Assembly: GCA_040954595.2 (NCBI GenBank)
Contig: CM082598.2
Coordinates: forward strand, 9,687,097-9,751,096
From: Balanoglossus misakiensis
Taxonomy: Eukaryota > Animalia > Hemichordata
DNA: 64,000 nt
Direction of reading: 5' to 3'
The notes under the pieces are model-generated. The model had not been told where the DNA came from and made no database searches. It was given only the letters and a program-made list of their open reading frames with translations. Numbering within the stretch: the stretch's first letter is position 1; each line of letters begins with the position of its first letter. The position numbers were made by a program, and so were the translations under genes. Positions 52,626-64,000 of the stretch are shown here, piece after piece.

Positions 52626-53138
52626 TTAAATAGGTGCGGCACCGGTTTAATACATATCGTGTTCAAATTGCAACAGGCAGGCACAATGCGGCATCAATGA
52701 GATGTTCATGTACTCCTATCAGTAAGCTTACCGGTATGTAGATGATCCAATTTAAGTTGGAAAATAAAATTATGAAAATAATGCAAAAACTGGCAGGTCT
52801 AGAGGCTTTAATTATAGACAGAAGGTACTTTTGTTTCACATTCAAACCTCTGTCCTCATATAGTGTGTGATACCTACTGAGAAAGCGAATACCTCACTGT
52901 GTATCACAACAGTAGTGAATTTAGAAATTTAGAAAGGATATATTTTAAATTGAATATTATTATTTTTACTTCATTTCTTGCTGCATACCATAGTCTGATA
53001 GACCCATGTCTGTAAGTTTTTATTGTCAACACAGCTAACCAATGAACTCATCAAGTGTGCTGCTTGTGATGTAACATGTAATATCTTAACACCAAATTAT
53101 GTTTGCTGTGATTTCCATTTCATCTTTTTACATCTATC

Positions 53139-53175
53139 ATTCTTCTTCTTCTTCTTCTTCTTCTTCTTCTCCTTC

Positions 53176-53270
<95 letters not shown>
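53139..53270. repeat. (TTC)n(TTA)n compound microsatellite
   Basis: Seen directly. Confidence 0.95.
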
Positions 53271-53274
<4 letters not shown>

Positions 53275-56200
53275 GTTTAGGGGTTTAAAGAATTATATAA
53301 ACAATTTATAAATTTAATAAGCACGGGTGGATTTTCTGTACAATCATTCCTGATTCTTCAGATTCATAATTTAGCGCTAAAGACATCATTTTTCAAAGTG
53401 GCCTATATCTAAAATTGCCGACGTTTCAACGCTTTCGTTGGAGATTTTCTACATATTCACAAAAAGACCACGGGTATTGTTAACACTATTTAAAACCTTG
53501 TTACCCGGTGAGTCTGGTGAGGTAAAAAACTTTACTCTAAACCCAACGCAAGTTTATTTACGTACAACATTGTAGCAATTTTTCGAGTGTACGCGCGCGC
53601 TCTGAAATCGTGCGATGTCAACTGAGTGTGAACGAGCTGTTTCGCGTCGTGTCGTCTGCCCAGTTTTCGTGGCTAAAACGACAGGAATACTACCCCAGTT
53701 GGCTTTAGAATTGCACATATCGTGAGATTTGAGCGCCATAGTAACCGCAGATATCGTGGAACAGGAAGGTTGGTGTTAAAATCATTGTTTTTAATCGAAA
53801 TATTGACCTCTGAGTTATGGTACGTTTGTGTCAGTGTCAAACGGACGCAATGTTTACACGTCAGCCAAATAGAATCGGAGAAATGAAGAAATGTTATCAC
53901 GATACTTTGGATTTCGTGTTATTATCTCTCGAGTATTTTATTGTTTTCTCAGACGAGTTTCCGTTTTCAATGTTGAATTTTATGTTTTGACTGCATTTGC
54001 TTGTCCGCTGACGGGTCTTCGCATTCATCAGAAGCTATCGTGCGTCGCTGAGATTTGATTCTTCATAAACGAAAATTGTTTCATCACCATACCAAATAAA
54101 ACATTTCCAGAAATTTAGAAGTTTGAAGACTTTTCTGCTAGTTGTTTATTTAGTGTTGAAGTCACGCTAAACTGCCAAATTTAGCAGGGACTCGCCGTCA
54201 ACACTCAAACAGTGTACTTCTTCTACGAGTGTGTCCTGTAACTGCCTTCCTTCGATAAACATACAACAACAAATAGACGGTAAACGTTTATGCAATACCA
54301 ATGGATTTATGTTTTAAAACTGGTCGACAGTCAGGAAATATGCATGAACAATCGATTGATTGGATTCCCCAGCGATACTATTGTATCTTGTGATTTTTTG
54401 TAGTGAAACTGTGGAAATCGGCAGGCTGCATTGCCAGATGTTCTGCACATGCGCAGTTCCTCTGTATTGAAAGAAAAGTCAGATTTCACCAACTTATAAA
54501 TGTGCATTCGGAAAATAAACCCCAAATATTTCTTTGTGACCAAAAATACTGCCAGTGTGATTTTGTGTTCAAATCCAAGCTATTATTATTCAAATTGACT
54601 TGTGATACCCTCTCTTAGCACAAAAAGCATAATTTCAGCCCCGAAATGGTTGCCATAGAAACATGTGATCACTAAATGGATATCGTTTTTGTTCTTTTTG
54701 AGCCAAAACACCCCTATGGTGAATTTTTTGTGGAAATCGGACCTATTATTATTAAAATTATTATTTTTATATAATTCTTTATTTAATTATTTAATTATTA
54801 TTATTATTACCAGTTAAGGGGTTTAAAGAATTATATAAACAATTTATCAATTTAATAAGCACGGGTGGATTTTCTGTACAATTAATCATTCCTGATTCTT
54901 CAGATTCATAATTTAGCGCTATTAAAAGACAACATTTTTCAAAGTGGCCTATATCTAAAATTGCAGACGTTTCAACGCTTTCGGTTGGAGATTGTCTACA
55001 TATTCACAAAACGACCACGGTTATTGTTAACACTATTTAAAACCTTGTTACCCGGTGAGTCTGGTGGCGTGTGTACGACAGATCTGAGGTACAAAACTTC
55101 GCTGGAAACCCAACAGGAGTTGGAGACCGAGTTTATTTACGTACAACATTGTAGAAATTTTTCGTATGTTTGCGCGTGCTCTGAAATCACGCGATGTCAA
55201 CTGAGTGTGAACGAGCTGTTTTGTGTCGTGTCGTCTGCCCAGTTTTCGTGGCTAAAACGACAGGAATAATACCCCAGTTGGCTTTGAAATTGTACATATC
55301 TTGAGATTTGAGCGCCATAGAAAGCGCAGATATCGTGGAACAGGAAGGTTAGTGTTAAAATCATTGTTTTTAATCGAAATATTGACCTCTGAGTTATGCT
55401 AGTTTGTGTCAGTGTCAAACGGACGCGATGTTACACGGCGGCCAAATAGAATCGGAGAAATGTGGAAATGTTATCACGATACTTTGGCTTTCGTATTACT
55501 ATTTTGGGGGAATTTTATTATTTTCTCAGAGGAGGTGACAGAACAGACACACAATGCATCTCGCGGTTCCGTTTTCGGTTGAATTTGATATTTTGACTGT
55601 ATTTGCGAGTCAGCTGATGGGTCCTCGCATTCATCAGAAGCTATCGTGCGTCGCTGAGATTTGATTCTTCATAAACGAAAATTATTTCATAACCATACCA
55701 AATAAAAAATTTCCAGAAATTTAGAAGTTTGTAGACTTTTCTGCTAGTTGTCTATTTAGTGTTAAAGTCACGCTGAACTGCCAAAATTTAACACAGACTC
55801 GCCGTCAACACTCAAACAGTGTACGGCTACGAGTGTGTGTCCTCTGTAACTGCCTTCCTTCGATAACCATACAACAACAACAACTAGACGGTAAACGTTT
55901 ATGCAATGGACTAATGTTTTAAAACTAGTCGACATTAAGGACGTATGCATGAACAATCGATTGATTGGATTCCCCAGCGATACTATTTTAACTTGCGCTT
56001 TTTTGTGGTGAAACTGAAAATCGGCAGGCTGCATTGCCAGGTGTTCTGCACATGTGCAGTTCCTCTGTCTTGAAAGAAAAGTCAAATTTCACCAACTTAT
56101 TAATGTGCATTCGGAAAATAAAGCCCAAACGAATTCTTTGTGACCAAAAATACTGCCAGTGTGATTTTTGTTTCAAATCCAACCTATTATTATTATTTAA

Positions 56201-56592
56201 ATTGATTTGTGATACCCTCTCTTAGCACAATTGTCATTGCAATGGACTGTTTTAAATAGGATTTTGGAAAAATGTATAATTTTAGCCCCCGAACGAGTGA
56301 CATTAAAACGTGTGTTATCAAAACAAAAATCATATTTATTTGTCTTTGACCTTAGGTACATATTTGGCGAAATTTTGGAGTGATCTGACTACTTATTTAT
56401 GGAATTTTGTAAAAAAAAGCATAATTTGAGCCCCAAAATAGTTGCCATAGAAACATGTGATCACAAAACGGATATCATTGTTGTGTTTTATGAGCCAAGA
56501 TACTCCTTTGATGAAATTTTCGTGGAAATCAGACCTATTATTATTAAAATTATTATTTTTATATAATTCTTTATTTAATTATTATATTATTA
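53271..56592. repeat. Head-to-tail tandem pair of a ~1.5-1.8 kb element (units start 53271 and 54809)
   Basis: Both units begin (tta)n accagtt.aggggtttaaagaattatataaac and end tttatataattctttatttaatt; colinear, diverged interiors. Confidence 0.85.
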
Positions 56593-57431
56593 TTGTTCTT
56601 TTACCATGTGACCCCAGAGCTAAACCATTAATGTGCAGGTATAGGGCACAACAATATGCAGTTGGCCAAGTACATGTAAAAGTCATCAGATCAATATTGC
56701 TGTGTATCTAACCTGTACTACCGTGGTTTAGCACCCCGCAGTTCCCTCTCTGGAGTCCAACCTTACAATAGAAAACAATGGGTTTGGACTGAACCATGTG
56801 GTGAAAGGGTTAGACCAAACTGGTTGGACTAACCAACCTCCAAAGGGACAATTTTGCAACAGTCAGCCATGGAGATCCCCCCCCCCTCCTTCAATAAAGT
56901 GTTTACTCACCTCATGCCAAGTTTAGTTGTTAGTTATGGCTAAATTATCCTGATAGGACCACATTAAAAAAGTAAGGTAGCTAAACTCTCCGCAGTTGAA
57001 ATAAACTGTTTCCATTCCTGCGGCTTTTTCCATGAGGTTTGTCATGAGAACTGAACATGTGTATTCTCGCCTGTGTGTTGCTTCATCAGTGTTAATCACA
57101 GCTATTAATGGTATACATATACTCTAAACCAAAATGATAAAATTCATTATCATCCGTGAAAGTTTTATTTGGTAGTGATCGTTTTTTAGATATCCCTTAT
57201 AATGTGTGTTAAGAGTGATGTGTACTCTTTGGTTTTTCTCTTTTGTATGCTGTTTAATAACAAACACACTAATGTTGTATTCCATGTCTTATACATTTCT
57301 TTTTACCCATAATGCATCACTTAACAGTCAAACAGGGTAAGACACAGTGTTGCCACAATATTTTTTTTTGTATTCTCCCCCAGTTTCCTGTACCACACCA
57401 TTACAAAACAGTGGAAATGATGACACTTTAA

Positions 57432-57843
57432 GGATGTACGTTCAGTAAAATTGAAAGTATTGTCATTTCTTTTAATTGTGGATTTTTGGATTATCCTGTG
57501 TATGAATAATGAAAATCCGTGACAAAATATAGGGGTCACCACGCTTGTTTTTTTAAATTCCGAGCCATGAATTTAGTCGATAATAGAAGAAAACTGCTGA
57601 CTCAGCGTTTTTCACTAATGGTTTGTCAATGGGCAACTATTTTGATGAAATTTATCTCAAAATAGAGCGCGGTGACCACACAATTTTAAATGACCAATGA
57701 ATTTATTTTTACTTGACGGCTATGTGTAAAATTTCGTGAAAATGACAATAGTAGAAGTTTGTTTTCCAGCAATGATCAATGTAATCCTATGGGAAAACGA
57801 CACACATGCACTGTTCATCAGTTTATGTTCTGCGCCTACATCC
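57432..57843. mobile_element. Kolobok-like MITE, TTAA TSD (related ~16315-16675, ~36658-37502)
   Basis: ttaa|ggatgta ... tacatcc|ttaa. Confidence 0.7.
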
Positions 57844-58447
57844 TTAAAATGTAATGCCAGTGACAGCCAAAATGTTTCCTTCTTCTTCATCATTTGGTGA
57901 AAAATTTAAATTATGATGGCTGATTGAGGGGAAACTTGGTAATTGCGTTTTGATACATTTGCATATTTTGCATATACCTGACCTGTGTAAATCCACACTT
58001 CAACTGTTAATAGGATTGTAAAAACATTTCTTTTTTTTTGCGTATGCCCAGAGTTTGGAATTGCATGTCTCACCATTCACACATTTCAAACAAAGAGTTC
58101 CCAAAAGAGTTCCTAATGTTGTGTCATAATGAAGTATGAGTTTATGTGCAAGGCAAGATTTATTGAAATTAGTTGTATATGTTACCAGGTTCACACAGGG
58201 TAAAATTTGAGACACTATTTGCCTATGGTAAACACAGAGCATTAATCCTTTCAGTCGAGGTGTGTCCACACACACAAAGTTTATGTATAGGCGCTGAGGC
58301 TCGGCCCCATAGACAATGGGTTGCGGAGAGGTGTTAATAATCCTTACACCAGCTCAGGTCTGGCCGGCAAAGCCGTCTCAAATCTGAGATGTTTCAGGAC
58401 CACTAAACCATTCGCACATAATAATTTATGCCAGTATTTTATCTGAA

Positions 58448-59590
58448 GCCTTGTTCTCACTAAAAGTTTCGACACCGGTGTTAAGTCTTGTTCTCACTAA
58501 AGTCTTGTTCTCACTAAAAGTTTCGACACCAGTGCTATGCCAGTGTTTACCCTCTGCAAACACAGGGGATTAGCCCACAGAATCTCCCTGCGTCCACACA
58601 CTAAACTTTTGGCCACTGTTTTGAAATAAACACCGTCTAAATGGCCATGTTTAGCAACACGGCAACTAACAAAATTGAGGACGTCGAGGACATTACAGCA
58701 ATATGTTTCAGTTTCTATACCTGCATATGCGTTCTAGACGACTTTGTGACAGTTTTGATAATGTTTAGAAGTAAATGGAAAATGCCTCAGCTTTTCGGTG
58801 ATCAAGAGAACCGTCTGAAAGTTGGTAGCAGACAGAAGTGTTGCAGACCTGGCAAACTGCGAATGGTTTGAAAACCACTCGCGTCCAGTGTGGTTGACTT
58901 AACAATGGACACTGACCAAAGACAATGGGCTATACCTAATAAACATACCCAAAAGTCACTGCAGGGTGGCGCTTTTGAACGGTGTTTGTTTATCTTTGCG
59001 TTCTCACTGACTATTTGCGTCGAAGCGCTGGCCCAGCACTGGCCCTGACCCACCACCCATCGCCGTCGCAAATTAACACCGGCCCAACACCGGTGTAAAG
59101 CGTTCTCACTTACTTTTTTCCGTCGGTGTCAAATCTACACCAGTGTAGCACCGGTGTAAACGTGCCAGTGAGAACGCCCTATTATTCCAGTGTTTACTCT
59201 CTGCAAACACAGGGGATTAGCCCACACTAAACTTTTGGACACTTTTTTGGAATAAACACCGTCTAAATGGCCATTTTAGCAACACGGCAACTAACAAAAT
59301 TGAGGACGTCGAGGACATTACAGCAACATGTTTCAGTTTCTATACCTGCAAATGCGTTCTAGACAACTTTGTCCTCGTCTTCATGACAGTTTTGATAATG
59401 TATTGAAGTAAATGAATGTTAATCCATAAATGGAAAATGCCTCGGCTTTTCGGTGATCGAGAGAACATTCTGAAAGTTGGTGGCAGACAGAAGTGTTGCA
59501 GACCTGGCAAACTGCGAATGGTTTGAAAACCACTCGGGTCCAGTGTGATTGACTTCACAATGGAAACTGACCAAAGACAATGGGCTATAG
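58448..59590. mobile_element. Degenerate Harbinger-like MITE with a ~390-bp duplication (58540-58930 / 59187-59590)
   Basis: gttctcact / agtgagaacgccc ends, repeated acaccggtgt motifs, direct duplication. Confidence 0.4.
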
Positions 59591-59735
59591 ATTACAATGA
59601 GAATTAAAAAAAAACTATGAAAAGTATACAGTCGCCTATGCAAATTTAGCTCTAGTGCATGATAGATTTTCATTTGGGTGTGCTCCTCTTGTTCATTCCA
59701 ATATGTAGACACGCACTTTGACCATATATGGGCAT

Positions 59736-62700
59736 CGCCAACGTGGACACAACATCTGTGTTGTCAGATACCAGCAAAGACTAGTACAACCAGGCACGTA
59801 AGGACGATAACACGAACGGTTTTATTACGAACGAACTACACCGCTGTTACAACATGACGGACGAGCAGAAAGAGAGAGAGAGCTACGCTACAGGCAAAGC
59901 ATTGTGGGTAGTGAGGTCAAAAGTTAAACTACTAACAACGAACATAGTGACGTAACCACTTTTCTTCTTTCCTTTTTTGAAGAAAAACAATGAACATGAG
60001 CTACACTGCAGAGGCACATTGCGATGCCGGGGTAAACTCAATTAGGAGAAACTCAATTTCATGAGAAGTAGACAAAGTGGCAATAACATGAAAGCATGAA
60101 AAAAACTGTCCCCAAATACCAATGAATATGAAATAGGTGAAAAAAGTCCAAAACAAAGTCCTGTAAGTCCGCTGGGGTACGACGTCGAGATGGCCTTTCT
60201 GCTGCCACTCCGTCTGGCTGGTCAAGTGGGGGGGGGGGGGTCATGGTGGTTTTGGGTGAAGGAACACACCCGTCGGACAAGTACACAGGTGAAGGTGACA
60301 ACGTCTACGTAATGCCAACAACCAAGTAACAGTCACGGGGGTGTATTTTCCTATTATCTGAATGGAGGTAGACCAGGTCGTCTACATCAAGCACAGGCAC
60401 CTCTGTAAAAATGTCAAATAGAGCCTTTGTGTGTCCACTGAACTGATGGACGCCGAGATGCATAGTACGCCGATTGCCTATCTGCTTGTGGTCAAAGATG
60501 GGCAGCTGAGTGTGGTCAAACTGATCCCCTTGCATCCGTATTGTACGTGTAGGCCGACCTGCGTTGACATTCACATTGGCAGAAGCAAGCAACGGTAGTG
60601 TGACGGTGGCACGAAGTGGGACTAGATGCAATAGCTCGTCCTGGATTTCTTGGATGGCTCTGTTGGATGTTGGATTCTTGTTACGGTTTTCAGCACACCC
60701 CATTTCGACAGTGGGGTTGTGCAAGCCGCCTTTTGTTGAAGTCGCAACTCCCGGAGCAGAGTCAGATCTGATGACAGTGGGCAGGCCGTCAACTGGGTCT
60801 ATCTCCTGCTTGGTGACATCAGCGGCAAAGAAAATGCCAACTATCTCTGGATCTTCCGGATGAGCAACCACACCTGTTCCCTCATGGATCTGGTGTCTGG
60901 TGTCCCAGACAATTGCCTGTTGCTAAGGGGCGTGTTAGCACGCGGCTCAAGGGTATACACACCTGTGATGCCCTCTAGTTCTGTGGCAAGTCCATCGCTG
61001 TGAAGCCACGCACCATTGTGGACTCCTGAGGTGCTTGGGTAACGATTGTGCGGCGTATGGCATGTTTTGCCAGACCTGGCGAGCCATATGTGTATATGTG
61101 TATGACCCACTACCCAGGGTTACTTATTGCGTGGCTGGGCGCAAGCCGAGATCATTGGCTTCCATGAAAGGTATACCTGCGAGGACCTCCGCATCAAGGC
61201 TTTCAGTTACCAGTCACTCAAATTTAAATTGCTCGTCATCACAGGTGAGAGTGAATCTGGTTTCGCCAATGACAGTGAGAGCTGACGACCCATCGGCTTG
61301 GCCAGCGCACTGTAAGCTTGCAATGCCCAGATTGGAACACAAAGGCGGAGATCGAGCCGTATCATGTTGCCAGTTGCACCACTGTCGATTGTCAGACGCA
61401 CTGTGTGGTGATTGTAGCATGCATCAAGGTAAGAAGATTGGCACACTTGGACTCTGGATATAGGGGGACGGCACACTTGCACTCTGGATATGGAGGGACC
61501 GGCCTTCATGTCATCTTGTGAAGACTCAGAGTTAAGTCGATGCATTTCTTTAGGGTCATTATCAATTATATCTGCGATGCGACGCGCCTTGGTCAATCTG
61601 GAAAAACTTGCAAACGCTGAGGAAATAGTCGTCAGGGCGCCCTGTTTGTTTACATAATGGGCAGGAACGGTGCTGTCGTCGGTCTCGTTTGGGTTTGGGG
61701 GAGTCTACTACACCATCATTGGAGCGATCATCCCAAGTTTCCCTATCTTTCTGAGACATGAAACGGTTGTGTGATGCAGCAGCTCGCATAACAGTCACCT
61801 ACTCCATAGATCTGATTTCATCTAGAAAGGACGATAAGGCCTGCGATATTTCTGGCTTGATTGAAGCAAGTGTACGTGTGCGAAGCTCAGTTCCATATCT
61901 CTGCTTCACTAATCTTGGTAGGTCTTTAATGATGAGCTGTAGCCATCGAAGGATAATGTAATTTTCTAACGAGGGGGAGAGTTCTTCATCCTCCATTATT
62001 TTGTCTCCGTGGTGGGTAATGCTGCTGTCTTTTCGGAGAAGATTGTCTTCAGCGAAAGCAGTCAATCACTGAAACAGGTCCTAAGGGCGTTCACCTGGCT
62101 CAAGGCGAATATCACAAAAATCAAGTAGATCCGGGGCACCGGTCGATTGAAATCCATAATGGAGACGGACGGTTTGCCATATGATGTCAAGGGATGTGGA
62201 CTTCTGAACAATGGTGTTACGGTCAATGATGGGACAGAAATTAGCAATCTGTCCAAGCACGAGTTCCAATGCAGATGCTTTCTGTTGTGCAGTACGGCCT
62301 TTGGGAGTTGGAACAGTTTCCTCATCGTCTGTAAATCCTCTATGAACGACAGACTTGCAATGGATCTCTTTCCCCATGTAGCGCCCTCATCCAGGAAAGG
62401 GGAGAAATAAGTATAAAATCAAAGTTCTGGCGCCAACTCTCGAATGATGTAATAGTTTCAGACTTACTTAAGCACCATTGCTTCGGCGCTCGCTGCACGC
62501 CCGCCATGTCGAAACACTGAGGCAGGTTTTCTCGACGAAATGTGACTTCAAGTTACGTATGTGTAACTCACTGGCTGTACACTTATGTGTGTAGAAGTCC
62601 TGCTGTGACTGAATGTTCAGCAACTGGAAATTACCGTATTGTTGCCAATGACGAGGGTAGATGATCGACGCTGCCACCATGCCAACGTGGACACAACCAC

Positions 62701-62892
62701 TGTGTTGTCAGACACCAGCAAGACTACAACCAGGCACGTAAGGACGATAACACGAACGGTTTTATTACGAACGAACTACACCGCTGTTACAACATGGCGG
62801 ACGAGCAGAAAGAGAGAGAGAGCTACGCTACAGGCAAAGCATTGTGGGTAGTGAGGTCAAGGGTTAAACTACTAACAACTAACATAGTGGCA
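59736..62892 (-). mobile_element. Internally deleted, degenerate Gypsy-type LTR retrotransposon
   Basis: LTRs 62680-62892 (tgcca...tggca) and 59736-59952; PBS tggtggcagcg; polypurine tract next to 59953; frameshifted gag ([17 protein letters not shown] knuckle), protease [10 protein letters not shown], integrase remnant VIRSDSAPG..NPTSNRAIQEI; no RT motif seen. Confidence 0.85.
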
Positions 62893-62895
62893 CAT

Positions 62896-63186
62896 TATAC
62901 ACATGATGACTGTCAATGAGGGCAACTGTATTTTGATGACCGAGGGCACTGCTAGTCACAACTACAACTGGCAGTCCCGAGGTCATCAAAAATACACTGT
63001 TGCCCGAATATGTCAGTCGTCATGTGTTTTGTAACACCAAACACGGAATTATATCAAGACGGGGCAACAGTACCGGGCAGAAACCGATCAAAATGATGCC
63101 CTAGGGAACAGTTCGAAATGACTAAGGTCACGTGACGGCGTATTGACGAATCACAATCGAGGGTTCGCTGCATGGTGTGTTACAAA
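62896..63186. mobile_element. Non-autonomous Crypton-like element
   Basis: Imperfect ~130-bp palindrome 62899-63027; IR tttgtaacac / gtgttacaaa; ggtcacgtga..gacgaatcac motif as in the YR element end. Confidence 0.6.
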
Positions 63187-64000
63187 TGTAAATTAGCTGT
63201 GACTTTGTACCATTTGACACTCTTAATTACCAACCGTTCTTCCTGACATTAATTAGACCTAACAGTTCTGCCCTGTCAAGTTACATTAAGAGTCATGAAA
63301 AGTATTCAACAAATGTTTTACTTTGGTGTGTGAAGTAGTTTCATAAAAAACAATAATTGTGTCAAATGACATACAGCTCGGTACTAGTAATATATCTAGT
63401 TGCATCTGTTTGAGCACTGTCTATTTTCTTTACATGTAATGGACATGATTGAACAAATATTTTAGACACACTGATAATTGCAATAAATTGACATCATTTG
63501 CCTTTTCAAATGAGGTGTGCAAGTCTAGAATAACAGTGATTTTATACCAGCTTCACACTGGGTAAAATTTGAGACACTATTTAACTATGGTAAACATGGA
63601 ACATTAATCCTTTGAGTCGCGTTGTCATAATGAAGTATGAGTTTATGTTTGATGGTGCAAGGCAAGATTTATTGAAATTAGTTGTATATGTTACCAGGTT
63701 CACACAGGGTAAAATTTAATACACTATTTGCCTATGGAAAACACAGAGCATTAATCCTTTCAGTCGCGGTGTGTCCACACACACAAAGTTTATGTATAGG
63801 CACTGAGGCTCGGCCCCATAGCCAATGGGTTGCGGAGAGGTGTTAATCCTTACAACGGCTCAGGTCTGGCCGGCAAAGCTGTCTCAAATCTAAGACATTT
63901 CAGGACACATAATAATTTACGCCAGTGTTTGATCTGAGACGGTTCAGAAACGTTTTAATGGTCCCTGTGCGATCCCCATATTAGTAATACCACTTTGTAT

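Noticed and set aside
53023-53311. Poly-S/Y and poly-F/L ORFs
   Set aside because: Translations of (TTC)n(TTA)n.

Overview
AT-rich eukaryotic (animal, probably marine invertebrate; inference) genomic DNA. The whole window lies inside one large + strand gene for an axonemal dynein heavy chain, best matching DNAH1. I traced 25 GT-AG exons (1047-49811, 4300 coding nt, ~1433 codons in one open frame) covering the tail end, linker, AAA1 and most of AAA2; the gene continues beyond both ends. Introns are full of mobile DNA: a Crypton-type tyrosine-recombinase element with one frameshift (20140-22057) and up to five non-autonomous elements of similar architecture, an internally deleted Gypsy-type LTR element (59736-62892), LINE 3' fragments, HINE/DINE-1-like modular repeats, and many MITEs with readable TIRs and TSDs. 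Most unusual is a near-identical inverted ~1.65 kb copy of one dynein exon plus flanks, inserted >20 kb downstream in another intron. It lacks one Crypton-like insertion and so shows the exact, TSD-free empty site. Coordinates were read by eye; TE family names are inferred from termini, TSDs and motifs, not database searches.
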